Virus record (IMG/VR): IMGVR_UViG_3300020045_006659
Location: 1-61,930 of that record
Reading direction: 5' to 3' (one strand)
DNA: 61,930 nt
From: a virus
Taxonomy: Duplodnaviria; Caudoviricetes
Part shown: one piece after another, positions 38,329 through 48,140 of the stretch
How the letters are laid out: the number at the start of each line of letters is the position of its first letter
Numbering within the stretch: the first letter of the stretch is position 1
Notes under the pieces: model-generated
Told to the model about the DNA's origin: nothing
Seen by the model: the letters and a program-made list of their open reading frames with translations, nothing else
Database searches by the model: none
Translations under genes and position numbers: made by a program

Positions 38329-38957
38329 ACCTAGTTACTTTTACGGCCGCCTACGATGGGCAGCACGCGGAACTAGACATGCTCCGCGAATCTTGCACGC
38401 TTCTTGGGGTCGAACTGCACCGCTACGGCAGCGGCGGTTACCCCGGCTGGAAGCAAGCCAAGGTCGATGACGGGATCAAGTTTCTCGACGCGCTCCCTGG
38501 AACCGTGGATCTAGCAATGTGGGTAGACGGATTCGATTCCCTACTGATGCACGGTACTGACGAGATAGTATCGCGCTGGAATGCGATACCGGGCGGCATG
38601 AAGAAAGTCGTGGTAGCTACCGAACATTCCTGCTGGCCAGATTCGCACCGATCCGAGGAGTTCCCTACTGTGGTTAGTGGTAACCGCTTCCCTAATGCAG
38701 GAGGCTACATTGGGCCTCCGGCGCTGTTAGCGGAGACATTGAGCATCGTCCGCAGCTACACGCCGGGAGAGAACGATCAAAGCGGCTGGATCGGCGCAAT
38801 CCTCAGCGGAGACGTGCCGTGGGTAGTGATGGACCGAACTTCGCGGCTGTATCAGTCGATGAACTCACCGCAACCAAAAGAGCCTGCTTGCGTGCTGCAT
38901 TGGAATGGAAAGACGCCGGGGAGGGATGAATTTTGGAAAACACTAGATACCCGATAG
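38325..38957 (+). CDS. PLOD/LH3-like glycosyltransferase domain protein
   Basis: W.DG.D, VV...E..CWP, RF.N.GGYIG, .DQ and .H.NG. Confidence 0.75.
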   Translation: MNLVTFTAAYDGQHAELDMLRESCTLLGVELHRYGSGGYPGWKQAKVDDGIKFLDALPGTVDLAMWVDGFDSLLMHGTDEIVSRWNAIPGGMKKVVVATEHSCWPDSHRSEEFPTVVSGNRFPNAGGYIGPPALLAETLSIVRSYTPGENDQSGWIGAILSGDVPWVVMDRTSRLYQSMNSPQPKEPACVLHWNGKTPGRDEFWKTLDTR

Positions 38958-39012
38958 TGCTAGCTGAATATGAGTTTAACGGAGAAAACTAGCAGGTTTG
39001 ATGGGTAGTGCG

Positions 39013-39309
39013 CTAAATCTGTGTGGCTGACTTTTGCCTAGCTGCCATCTCAAAAACATCTGCAATGATCTTGTCCACATTTGATTCATCAATCCCCGAA
39101 ACCTGTAGTAGTGAGCGACGAAAAGCCTTGAGCGCCTTTTTGGATTCTGATGAACTTTCCCTTAGCCGCGCTACAAATTGCTTTTCAGGGGGAATTGTCG
39201 GGGCGGTCTTGGCGTATAAACATTCCGGGCATTCGTCAACAAAGCCTGGCTTCCCTGGTTTCGGGACAAAGGGTTCGCCGCAGTAGCGGCAGCTAACCGA
39301 TTTCGCCAT
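39013..39309 (-). CDS. IS passenger protein with CxxC..CxxC
   Basis: MAKSVSCRYCG...ECPEC; stop lies within the TIR. Confidence 0.55.
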   Translation of the reverse strand: MAKSVSCRYCGEPFVPKPGKPGFVDECPECLYAKTAPTIPPEKQFVARLRESSSESKKALKAFRRSLLQVSGIDESNVDKIIADVFEMAARQKSATQI

Positions 39310-39447
39310 AGCTATTCCTTCTGCATGTGACGCCGGATTCCTTCTAGGCTCTCGTGAATTTTCTTGAGCCATTTGTCCAGCGTGTACCCGATGCCGATCA
39401 AGATGAGCAGAAAAGCGCCGATCAAGAAATTGGCGTCGTTTAGCATT

Positions 39448-39798
39448 TTACGATTCCGTCTTTGCCTTCCGGCTCAGGGCCTTAATGGTGATCTCCACGT
39501 AGTCACGGAGCGTATCCAAGTCATCAGTGGTAATGTCGCCGGTTATGTTGAGATCCGCTCTAGCGTCCTGCGAGAGAGGGAAGGAGTATGTTCTGGCCTT
39601 TGCGGCCAGAATCTTCTCCGCTGCCTTGCGCGCAAATTCGCTTGTGGCACCCCTTCCGCTTTCAGGGGTTTGGTTTGGTTGCACTGACTTTTCTCCTGCT
39701 TCATTATGTACCACATCCTCAGAATCCACAAGAGACATAGTGTTTCTAAAGATCCCTACAACGTCCTGGATTGAGGCCGGATTGAACTCACGCTTCAA
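39448..39798 (-). CDS. IS passenger hypothetical protein (possibly 5'-truncated)
   Basis: ORF with C-terminal YSFPL....A.L.I.G..T..D...L..Y pattern. Confidence 0.5.
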   Translation of the reverse strand: MKREFNPASIQDVVGIFRNTMSLVDSEDVVHNEAGEKSVQPNQTPESGRGATSEFARKAAEKILAAKARTYSFPLSQDARADLNITGDITTDDLDTLRDYVEITIKALSRKAKTES

Positions 39799-40008
39799 AG
39801 CAGAAGGCCCAAAGCGGTTCGAGCGCTTCAGGCCTTATCTCAATCCAGGAGGTGACCGCATTATGCGTCCGCCACCAATATAACCACTTAGTAGAAGCCC
39901 CGGTTCGGATTGGCGTCCTTGCCGGGGCTGTTATCCATACAGCCGAAGCCGCACGGACTCGCAACCCCATTATCCGGCTTTTGGCTGTGAATCTCAAGGA
40001 GAATCACA

Positions 40009-40361
40009 GTGACCTGCCATTCCTGCCGGATCGAATGTAAGCGACACGGGCGCGACCGCAAAGGTAACCAGCGGTTCCAGTGCCGTCAGTGCTCCAAGAC
40101 GTTCCTGGAGCCGACCCGGAGCGCATTTGCACTTCGATTGTCGAGCGGTCCAATCTCAGCTTGAGAATGCAGAATCGCCGCTTCACCCGCCTCACCAATG
40201 CTTTTAGCAAGAAGTGGGAGAACCACTGGGCAGCGGTCGCGGTTTGGTACTGCTGGTATAACTTCGGGCGCATTCACAAATCTCTGCGCACAACCCCCGC
40301 GATGGCTGCGGGGATCTCAGATCACATTTGGAGCGTGCGGGAACTGCTGGAGGCCGCGTAA
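40009..40361 (+). pseudogene. Internally deleted IS1-family transposase
   Basis: N-terminal Zn finger MTCHSC...GNQRFQCRQCSKTFLEP joined out of frame to C-terminal TS.VER.NL.LR...RRFTRLTNAFSKK...TPAMAAG. Confidence 0.88.
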
Positions 40362-40373
40362 AGAGGAAAGCGC

Positions 40374-41162
40374 TTAGTCCTTATTAGGCTGCGGATGCAG
40401 AGTAGAAAAATCTTCGGGAGTCGAGAAGTATGTATTCGCCTTTGTGAAGGCCTCGTTGAGGTGGGTTTTATAATCCTGTATAGACGGTACCGATTGCGCT
40501 AAATTAGGCAGTTGGCCACCTACATCAGTCTGGTTTAAAATCGGGACGACATCAGCCCCGTCATCGTACAACTTGGAGCTTATTTCATGAACGAGGCCCC
40601 ACGTTTTGGCTTCGGGTGCCGTCAAAACGGTGCGCTTAAGAATTGTGTCCTGAACTTCCGCTAAGGGCTTCCCTGAACAACCAGAGATTACTGCTGCGAT
40701 GCTGGCAACCTGCTGTTGCATTGACTTAAGTTGCTCACTCATTCCACCCTCATCCAAGTTTGCATTTGGGGCAAAAGTAAGAGTTATTCCGTGCAACAAA
40801 AATCGCCCTTCCGGAACCGAATACCGCTTGGAGCCAGCACAGTACATTACGGTCGCGATGGAATCTACTTCCCCGAAGTTATGGGTAACAACCTCAGCCG
40901 GAATACCTTTCAAATAGTGGTATGCGGATAATCCAGCAAAAACCGAACCGCCCGGAGAAGAGATCAAAAGAACAAACCGTTTAGTCCCGGTTTTGATTTT
41001 GGCGTCGACATTGGCGAGCAGTCGGGAAACCGTCTGCTCATTCACGCTTGCATAGAAACGTATGACAGTGGTCTTCGGCTCAGTCGTAGTAGCCCCAGGT
41101 GTCTGTGCTTGCAGGACTGAAGCAACTAATAGAACGATTGACCAATAACCCTTAAGCGTCAT
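40374..41162 (-). CDS. ClpP/S14-like peptidase with N-terminal signal peptide (IS passenger)
   Basis: ISSPGGSV, G.VDSIA, AG..RY, FLLH and L.A.EA...GLV. Confidence 0.8.
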   Translation of the reverse strand: MTLKGYWSIVLLVASVLQAQTPGATTTEPKTTVIRFYASVNEQTVSRLLANVDAKIKTGTKRFVLLISSPGGSVFAGLSAYHYLKGIPAEVVTHNFGEVDSIATVMYCAGSKRYSVPEGRFLLHGITLTFAPNANLDEGGMSEQLKSMQQQVASIAAVISGCSGKPLAEVQDTILKRTVLTAPEAKTWGLVHEISSKLYDDGADVVPILNQTDVGGQLPNLAQSVPSIQDYKTHLNEAFTKANTYFSTPEDFSTLHPQPNKD

Positions 41163-41353
41163 GATGCCCTCTAGCTTGGGGAACTACAAAATATCAGTTC
41201 GACAGGTTCCCCGTCAATCACCATGGTACCGTTCATTAATTACATACCGCCGGGTGACCCTAGAGCCACTATCCCCAGCCACACAGATTTAGCGCACTAC
41301 CGTTTGATGTGGTGGTGAGTTTATTCGCCCTTGCGATATGAACAGGCCCTGTA

Positions 41354-43381
41354 TTATTCCAACAAATCCTGAAACCGTTCCTCCCACGCCTCAGCCACTT
41401 CCTCCGAAGTCATAGCCATGGCCTGCCAGTTCTTCGGTTTCTCGTTCTCGGTAGCCTTGACGGTTTCAATCTCATCGCCCCAATCATGAGCAGCGTAGAT
41501 CGCCAGGAAAAGCGTCACCACGCGATCATCATGTTTTCCGTACTTGGCGCGGGCGGTTTCGGTGTAGCGCCAGTCATCAGCTTGGCAATCGGCCATCTCC
41601 TCGATGAGATCGGGCGAGAACAGACGTACTCGCTTGAGCGCGATGTGCTTCATGCCACGCCGCCACAATTCGCGGCGGCTGCGCTCGTTCGAGATCCAGC
41701 CAGCTACGTTATGCCCGCGCTCCGGAATGATCGTGTTGGAATACTTGATGGGCATGTAGACATTGGCATACCCGTACTTGGTGATGAGTTTGCGTTGCGT
41801 CGGTTCGCCGGGTCCAGGCCAAACTTCGATGTTGACCATGGCCTCGCCTTCCTCATTTGACCCGCCATACAGCTTACCCAAGCAGTACACGATGTCGGCT
41901 AGGTCTTCCGGGTCAATGGGGCCTGCGTATTCGGCTACCTGAACGTCCTGCTTGCCTTCACCGCCTACTTTGAGCACCTGAATGACGCCGTTATCAGTGC
42001 CTTGGTCGGCATCGCGGCGAAATTCACGGGACCAGCCCACGATTCCCTTGGTTGGATCGCACCCCAGGAAGTATTTGGCCTTATTGTCTGGCGGCTCGTA
42101 CATCCACACGATACCGCGCGCGTCATTATCCAATTCTTCCGATTCCATTGGCTTTAAGCCACCGCAACCGGGCATCCAGATGGTTTGCCCATCTTCGCGG
42201 TCCACGGAAAACTCATAAGGCCTCCCGCGATTGCTGCGAAGTCGCAAATCATCCAGCAATTCGGAGTCAAAGGCACTTTCGCCGCTGTGCTGGAACGATT
42301 CTTCGGGCGTGGCGCAGTAGTTGGTGAGGAAAAAATTCAAAGTCCCCGCTTCGCGGTACTCTTCGCGCGTGGTCCACCACCAGTAAAGCTGTTCCTTGCT
42401 TAGAAACACGGCTTTGCCCACAAATTCCGGGCTACTTTCGTAGATTTTCTTGGCGTGGAGTATTGCAACCTCATCCGGCTCCCATCCAACGGGAGGTGTG
42501 CGCCGATATTTACGTGGTTCGGCGTACCAGGGGATGAAACAATAGCGCCAGCGTGGTTTTCTTCCCTTGCGAACGCTTTCGGTGAACTCCCGCCACCATC
42601 CAGTGCGGCCATTGGCGCGGGATTCGAGCACTACGAGCGTATTTGGGGACTGCGGGAACGTGGGAAACAAATCAATTTCGAGTTTCCATGGGTTCTCGAA
42701 CTCGGAAAGCTCAGTCATGTGACCCACATCGTTCTGGACGCCCTGTCCAAACGAGGATTTCTTGGACGAGATCATGTAAGTGACCTTCGATCCAGTTGTC
42801 CAGGCCATATGCTCGTTCTTTTCGTTGAACTTGATGCCCGGTTTCAGATACCAGGGCAGGTTTTCGTAACTTTTTAGGTCGCGTTCATAGAGTTCCTGAA
42901 TCTTTTCATCGTCCACGGAGCCAGCTACGCAGCGCGAATTGGGCACTTGCATGGCGCGATGCACGGTTAAGGCACGGCAAAGGGCCGTGTGCCACACCTG
43001 ACGCGCCTTATGATCGGCAATCATGATTCCGTCAGCGGTTTCGCCGCGCTCGATCTTGTCTTTTTCTTCTTCTTCGGCCTTGGCGATGATCTTAAGCAAG
43101 AGATCCTGAGATGGACCGATGCGCATTTTCCCGATGCCGCCGCCAAGAACGCCGTCAATGTCGATAGTGTGGTAGCGTTCCGCCCAATACTGGAAGTCGA
43201 GGGAGCACATCAACTGCTCGTTAACGACGAAAGCCGTTTCGTCCTTGGAGAGTGCTCGTGCGGTAGGGCCTAACCGCTGCTGCCATTCCTCAACTTTGGC
43301 GTAGGGATAGCGGACTAGCTTGGTATTGGTGCGGGATTCAACCTTCTCGACGTTCTTTTGAATTATTCTCTGGGAGTACAC
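41354..43381 (-). CDS. terL: Terminase large subunit
   Basis: KARQ Walker A region, H.TE Walker B, ES.ANG, F.PW, G.DP..G and HDD.V nuclease motifs. Confidence 0.93.
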   Translation of the reverse strand: MYSQRIIQKNVEKVESRTNTKLVRYPYAKVEEWQQRLGPTARALSKDETAFVVNEQLMCSLDFQYWAERYHTIDIDGVLGGGIGKMRIGPSQDLLLKIIAKAEEEEKDKIERGETADGIMIADHKARQVWHTALCRALTVHRAMQVPNSRCVAGSVDDEKIQELYERDLKSYENLPWYLKPGIKFNEKNEHMAWTTGSKVTYMISSKKSSFGQGVQNDVGHMTELSEFENPWKLEIDLFPTFPQSPNTLVVLESRANGRTGWWREFTESVRKGRKPRWRYCFIPWYAEPRKYRRTPPVGWEPDEVAILHAKKIYESSPEFVGKAVFLSKEQLYWWWTTREEYREAGTLNFFLTNYCATPEESFQHSGESAFDSELLDDLRLRSNRGRPYEFSVDREDGQTIWMPGCGGLKPMESEELDNDARGIVWMYEPPDNKAKYFLGCDPTKGIVGWSREFRRDADQGTDNGVIQVLKVGGEGKQDVQVAEYAGPIDPEDLADIVYCLGKLYGGSNEEGEAMVNIEVWPGPGEPTQRKLITKYGYANVYMPIKYSNTIIPERGHNVAGWISNERSRRELWRRGMKHIALKRVRLFSPDLIEEMADCQADDWRYTETARAKYGKHDDRVVTLFLAIYAAHDWGDEIETVKATENEKPKNWQAMAMTSEEVAEAWEERFQDLLE

Positions 43382-43623
43382 TACTCAGTTTCCGCTTCTT
43401 CGCCCTTGAGTCTTTCGCGGAACTCTCGTTCCCAGTCGCGCTCCTCCGAAGTGTAGAACACTTCCGGTTCCTCCCCACTGGTATCGGGCTTCGCGCCTGA
43501 GCGCACGCCATAGGCTTCCGCAAGAAAGCGGTCCAGCGCATCGGCAATGCGCGTTAGTTGCTTCTCGCAGCCGCGCAGGGCCTCAGCGGTGGGCTTCATG
43601 CGGGAGATGTTTATTGTTGCCAT
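43381..43623 (-). CDS. Hypothetical protein coupled to terL
   Basis: ORF whose stop overlaps the terL start. Confidence 0.6.
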   Translation of the reverse strand: MATINISRMKPTAEALRGCEKQLTRIADALDRFLAEAYGVRSGAKPDTSGEEPEVFYTSEERDWEREFRERLKGEEAETE

Positions 43624-43696
43624 CTACCAGCGCGGCTCCGTCATGTGCCAAGCGACGGCACCGAGCAGCGTGGGGACGAAGATACAAGCGAAAATT

Positions 43697-43912
43697 TCAA
43701 GTCCGAGCATCATCAGTAATCTCCTTGCCTTTCTTGTGCGGAGCGATCCAGCGGGCGAAAAACTTTCCCTTGGACGGGGACGCCAGAAACGTTTGGTATA
43801 GCTTGGCCTTCACGCCATCGAAGTGATAAACGCGGCCATTGCGGAACGTGACCTTGAGGGTTTCGCCCTCATGCGAGAGTTCCTTGATGTGGGACGAGTG
43901 AACTTCAGGCAT
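43697..43912 (-). CDS. KTSC domain protein
   Basis: V.SS.I, L.V.F.NG.VY.F.GV....Y..F..S.SKG.FF...I. Confidence 0.9.
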   Translation of the reverse strand: MPEVHSSHIKELSHEGETLKVTFRNGRVYHFDGVKAKLYQTFLASPSKGKFFARWIAPHKKGKEITDDART

Positions 43913-44078
43913 CAGTTTAGGTTTATAGAATCCAAAGCGATTTCGAGGATTTCTCTTCCATCAAAAGAATTGTGAACGATAACCATTCCATCTTCAACCT
44001 TCCTTGGCATACAGGGGCACTGATCGTCGCAAGTATGGTCGATTTTATCATTCAACGGAATCACGTGCAGTGGTTCCA

Positions 44079-44630
44079 TCACGGCACCAGTATCTTCTGC
44101 ACCATGTTGATCGAATCCTCGACCGATGGGCTTCCGAAGTTCTGTTGGATCTGGACCTTGGCCTGCCGTCCCTTCAGGTTAGATGCCTCAAACACGAGAT
44201 TACGGGCATCCTTGTCGCCGGGAACGCGGACCTCGGCGCGGCCTTTGCACTGCGGGCACTGTCTTTCAATGGCATTATCATCCTTGCCCTCAAAGATCAC
44301 CCCCTTGCCGTCGCATTTTTGGCAATACACGGTTTGCGACTTCGCATCAACGGCTACATCTTCCATAACTTGCGGCAGGTGTTTCAGCATGGCCACAACG
44401 CCACGCGCGCGCTGAAGATCAGAGCACGCCTCAACAAGATCCGTTAGGTTGACCTCGTACTTGGCGCAGTTCTTTTTGAAGCTGGCTCCCGGCTTGGGAT
44501 CGAGCATCGCCGCCCGAAGGGCTTGCAATCGATCCTTGGGGCTGAACTCCAAAGCTTCCATGAGTTCATCCATGCCAGCGGCTTCTAGGAAGTTCTCTAC
44601 CGGAGCTACGAGTGCTGTCGATTTCGCCAT
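44079..44630 (-). CDS. Putative terminase small subunit with DnaJ-like Zn finger
   Basis: Helical, upstream of terL, CQKCDGKG/CPQCKG, C-terminal VQIQQNFG typical of TerS. Confidence 0.55.
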   Translation of the reverse strand: MAKSTALVAPVENFLEAAGMDELMEALEFSPKDRLQALRAAMLDPKPGASFKKNCAKYEVNLTDLVEACSDLQRARGVVAMLKHLPQVMEDVAVDAKSQTVYCQKCDGKGVIFEGKDDNAIERQCPQCKGRAEVRVPGDKDARNLVFEASNLKGRQAKVQIQQNFGSPSVEDSINMVQKILVP

Positions 44631-44640
44631 AATCTGTTTT

Positions 44641-44790
44641 GTCGGGCTACCAGGCTCATGATAACCCGACTTTCCCCGCTGCGCCGACTAAAACAGCGGA
44701 AACTCCCGGATGAGGTACTGTCAAAACCCCTGTGCGACTACCAGCCGCGTATCTGTGCTCCGGGACACAGGTGGGACTCGAACCCACGAA
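44641..44790 (-). ncRNA. Candidate structured RNA with tRNA T-arm
   Basis: GTGGG-TTCGAGT-CCCAC followed by several hairpins whose G-U pairs fit the minus strand. Confidence 0.45.
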
Positions 44791-44799
44791 CTCAAACTT

Positions 44800-45207
44800 C
44801 TACTTACATCCAGCTTGTTTTGCCGTCAGGACTCTTTCTCCCTTGTGTACCTTAGCGAATCCGGTTTTCTTGACCATGCCGCCGTGCTTGAAGGATGACG
44901 GGTTTGCTTTCATGGTCCTGCGTACAATCTCCTCATTGCTGGAACCATAGGGCGCTGTTCTTACATTCGCGGAAACTTTATTGGGATTCCGATGGATGTA
45001 ATCATCGACGCCTGATTGAAGGGCTGCATCGGCACTGGGAGGTCCGGTAGATGCGTCTTTTTGATTGTTGGCGGAAGCCTTAGCGTAATCTCCATCTTTG
45101 GCATATCGCTTGAGTCGATCCGCACGGGCATTTTTTTGTTTCTGAATCCCCGCTTCCGTATAATCGCCACGACCTTCTACCGTTCTCTCATATTTGGAAG
45201 GAGCCAT
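44800..45207 (-). CDS. Hypothetical basic protein
   Basis: C-terminal SFKHGG.V.KTG.A.VHKGERVLT motif, common in phages. Confidence 0.7.
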   Translation of the reverse strand: MAPSKYERTVEGRGDYTEAGIQKQKNARADRLKRYAKDGDYAKASANNQKDASTGPPSADAALQSGVDDYIHRNPNKVSANVRTAPYGSSNEEIVRRTMKANPSSFKHGGMVKKTGFAKVHKGERVLTAKQAGCK

Positions 45208-45708
45208 GAATCAATCCTACACCGAATCTTGAATTTTCACGCCAGAATCTTCCACGACGATTACGGTATCACCGGGAAGGTTCCCGGTTTCCTCAATCAG
45301 CTTCAAAACATCGGGGCGAACCTCGCGGGGGTTAAACTGCGCCATCGCCGCCATCTCCCGTAGTTTCGCCAGGGTCACAATCCCTCCGGCGATTCGAGCG
45401 CATAAATCCGCCTCAACTCAGCCAGCGCCGGGTCCACGGGCATCTCCAGGCACACGCCATCCATGGCGGCCTCGACCACCATCGACGTGACGGCCTCAAT
45501 AAGCCGCTTATACTCGTCAATCACCCGCTGATCCACGAAAACAGGCTATCATACTAACCGCTTAGGATGCAACCGAATCCCGATTTGACAAGCGAGATTT
45601 TTTGGGGCAAAATTTGGTTGTCCAGCTTTGGCCGGCTGGATAGCAAGGAATCTGAGATAGACCGGGACGGTTTCTCTAGTCCCGGCCCGGTCATCAGACT
45701 AGAGGCAG

Positions 45709-45960
45709 ATGAGCGAAAAAACAAATCCTCTCCACGGAATCTACGAAGCAGACCCAACCGGTATCAGCGGCTATGAATGGATTGGTATTCCACGCACTGC
45801 CCGCGCGCCGCTTACAGTCGATCAGTCGATACAAATAATAATCCTAGCCGAGCGCGAGCGCTGCGCTAAGATCGCTGAAGATTGTTCTTGTGTTGAATGC
45901 GAACACGCCCGATGTAGAACAAAAAGAGTAATCGCCGCAGCCATCAGGAGCGGGAAGTGA
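45709..45960 (+). CDS. Hypothetical phage protein
   Basis: AERERCAKIAE...IAAAIR motif. Confidence 0.65.
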   Translation: MSEKTNPLHGIYEADPTGISGYEWIGIPRTARAPLTVDQSIQIIILAERERCAKIAEDCSCVECEHARCRTKRVIAAAIRSGK

Positions 45961-46172
45961 CAATCCAGCGTAGATCATTTTTGGCCACCCTCCTCGCGCC
46001 AACCATGGTGTGGTTCCTACCGAAAATAAGATGTGGCTATGTACCGAAGCAGCCGAAAATGATACTTCTGGAGTGTGAACTGGTTTGGTATCGGGAAGTA
46101 TGGCAGAAAGACAAAGCTCCATTTGTGGAATTATTCATTCCTGAGTCTTACCCGTGGGATACAGAGGTATGA
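45957..46172 (+). CDS. Hypothetical protein with Tat-like RRSFL N-terminus
   Basis: MTIQRRSFLATLLA. Confidence 0.5.
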   Translation: MTIQRRSFLATLLAPTMVWFLPKIRCGYVPKQPKMILLECELVWYREVWQKDKAPFVELFIPESYPWDTEV

Positions 46173-46514
46173 TGGTGAACCAGCCTTGCCCGAACTGCGC
46201 GATCAGCAAAGACCCCAAGTGCTCGGTGTGCTTTGGGTCCAAGGAAATCCCGAAACCGAAGTGGCACAACGCTACCCACGAAACCCTGTTCCGCGCCCTG
46301 ATCCCAGGGTGGAAGGCGGAAGCGAAGTGAATTGCGGGCGTTGCCATAAACCAGCCACGTATCTGTATCACTGGTCCTCCAGTAACCCAAACGTAAGTTT
46401 ATCTGTGTGTTTGGATTGTGACCGCATAATGCGAGATGTGGTGATTCAAGGAATAGCCTACGCTGGCGCAAACAAGCAGGCGGAACCAATCGAAGTAGAG
46501 AAGCGGGAAACCGA

Positions 46515-47135
46515 ATGAGATTTGGCCTTCGTCGTTTTGTTAAGCCGATCAAAAGAAAGGCCGCACGGAGAATGCGGAAGAACCCTACTCCAGCAGAGGG
46601 GGCATTTTGGGATGCTTACCGGAGTCTAAAGCGTCATCATTTGCGTGTTCCGATGCGTCGGCAAGCGATCCTGCTAGGGTACATTGCTGACTTCTGGTTT
46701 TGTAGCCGACGTGTAATTCTCGAACTGGATGGTGGATACCATCAAACTCAAGAACAGAAGGCATATGACCAACGCCGTGATTCTCAACTAAAGGCGGCAA
46801 TCAAAGGCTTACGGGTGATTCGGGTAGATAACTCGGAAGTCCTCAAAGATCCCGCTAAGTTTGTGAAAGAGTTCATCGCTATGCTAAAGACCTTGCCAGT
46901 ATACGGCAACTGGTCAGCCAAGAAACCAAGACCTGCCGTCCAACCGCAAGGCTCACTCGTGGGCAGCGGCTCAAATAGCAGGCCCGCAACGCGCAACACC
47001 AGCCGGAGCGGAAGTCCAGCAGCACCGTCCGCAAGACCGATGTACGGTAGAAAACGTGAAGGAAGCGGAGAGGCGGTCAGAACCCTCAGCCTGAATCGAC
47101 AGGCCAGCGAATATCTGGGTCAAGCCAGCGCTTAA
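46515..47135 (+). CDS. DUF559 (Vsr-like PD-(D/E)xK) endonuclease
   Basis: R.NPT.AE..FW, RRQ....YI.DF, .ELDG.YH, YD..RD and VIR..N.EV; low-complexity tail after about residue 130. Confidence 0.88.
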   Translation: MRFGLRRFVKPIKRKAARRMRKNPTPAEGAFWDAYRSLKRHHLRVPMRRQAILLGYIADFWFCSRRVILELDGGYHQTQEQKAYDQRRDSQLKAAIKGLRVIRVDNSEVLKDPAKFVKEFIAMLKTLPVYGNWSAKKPRPAVQPQGSLVGSGSNSRPATRNTSRSGSPAAPSARPMYGRKREGSGEAVRTLSLNRQASEYLGQASA

Positions 47136-47290
47136 CTCTTGGCGTTCTACGGGGCCAAGCGTCGCCGCAAGGCGGGGTTAGTCGGGATACCACCGACTTC
47201 TGGGGTGGGTTTCACCACTAAAGCGCATTCCAGCGCCAAGGTGGGTAAGCGTAGCGTGTGTTCGTTACCTTGCGCCTGCGGCTGCTTTTT
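46930..47290 (+). ncRNA. Candidate multi-hairpin RNA overlapping the DUF559 3' end
   Basis: Dense hairpins with GCAA tetraloops, ending in a T-run. Confidence 0.4.
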
Positions 47291-47313
47291 CCCTCCCACG
47301 AAAGGAACATACC

Positions 47314-47517
47314 ATGACACCAGAACAAATCGCTGAACTCGAAAAAGCCTACAACGAAGCCTTCCTTGGAACCGAATCCCCAGATTACATGGAACTCAAT
47401 ATCCCCGAAATCGGATTCATCCAAGCTGCTAACGGTGGTACCCTCCTCATCAACGGAATCGAAGCCACCCGCGAACAAGCCCATGCCGTAGCCAAGTGGC
47501 TCAACTTCAAACGCTGA
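47314..47517 (+). CDS. Hypothetical protein
   Basis: RBS aagga; clean ORF. Confidence 0.65.
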   Translation: MTPEQIAELEKAYNEAFLGTESPDYMELNIPEIGFIQAANGGTLLINGIEATREQAHAVAKWLNFKR

Positions 47518-48140
47518 ATTTTGTATTTTTTTTATTCTGACGAGTACAGCTAGCGCGTGGATTCGGGGTGGGTATGGGTGCCCTTGGACAATCCAGCGGG
47601 GTTAATCGGCGCTTGCCGGCAGGTTCTCGGCGTTTGCGTGAGGTCCACTCATGCCGTCGAGACGCTGAAACGCGCAAGTGATAGCAAGCACAAGGATGAT
47701 ACATACTAACTGTTATCGGAAGTAACCAATAGAATCAATGAGATAGCGCGAATAGGCTGCCAGGGTGAGCGACAATTGAGGTGATTGAGTGCAGGTTGCT
47801 AAGGTTTCAGGCCCGCGCCGCGCTCGTATCCGGCCTTGAATGCAACCTCGAAGAGCTTCGCATAACGAGCGCTTGAGAGTTCCCAGGTTTCGGACTCCGG
47901 GCACCAATGCGCGAGAGAGGCTCGCGCTGACATAAACGCTCTTTTCCATGCTGGCCAAGCACGGATCGTGGCAGAGCCTTTAGTGCCACCAATGGACGCC
48001 AGCAGCTTGAAGTCAGGTCGGGTATGCAACAGTGGTGCGGGCCGTAACGTACTATTAGAGCGCGTGCTAGGGTACACCAGCGCTGGATTAGCAGCCATTG
48101 GTTCGATGCTACAGCATGAGGGTTGCGAGGTGCAAGTCTG

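Larger units (their letters stand above)
39004..41301. mobile_element. Non-autonomous IS1-family cargo element (2298 bp)
   Basis: Perfect 26-bp TIRs GGTAGTGCGCTAAATCTGTGTGGCTG at 39004..39029 and 41276..41301; 8-bp TSD GTTTGATG at 38996..39003 and 41302..41309. Confidence 0.93.

Noticed and set aside
44745-44800. tRNA gene, attP or HDV-like (theta) ribozyme
   Set aside because: Only a T-arm is present, with no D/anticodon arms or CCA, and no integrase was found. The nested pairing is loosely HDV-like, but the P3/L3 segment is too long and lacks the expected residues.
47005-47095. Resemblance to RNase P RNA or a group I intron (GGAAGTCC ... CAGAACCC)
   Set aside because: Spacing and order do not fit, and no interrupted host gene flanks the DUF559 ORF.
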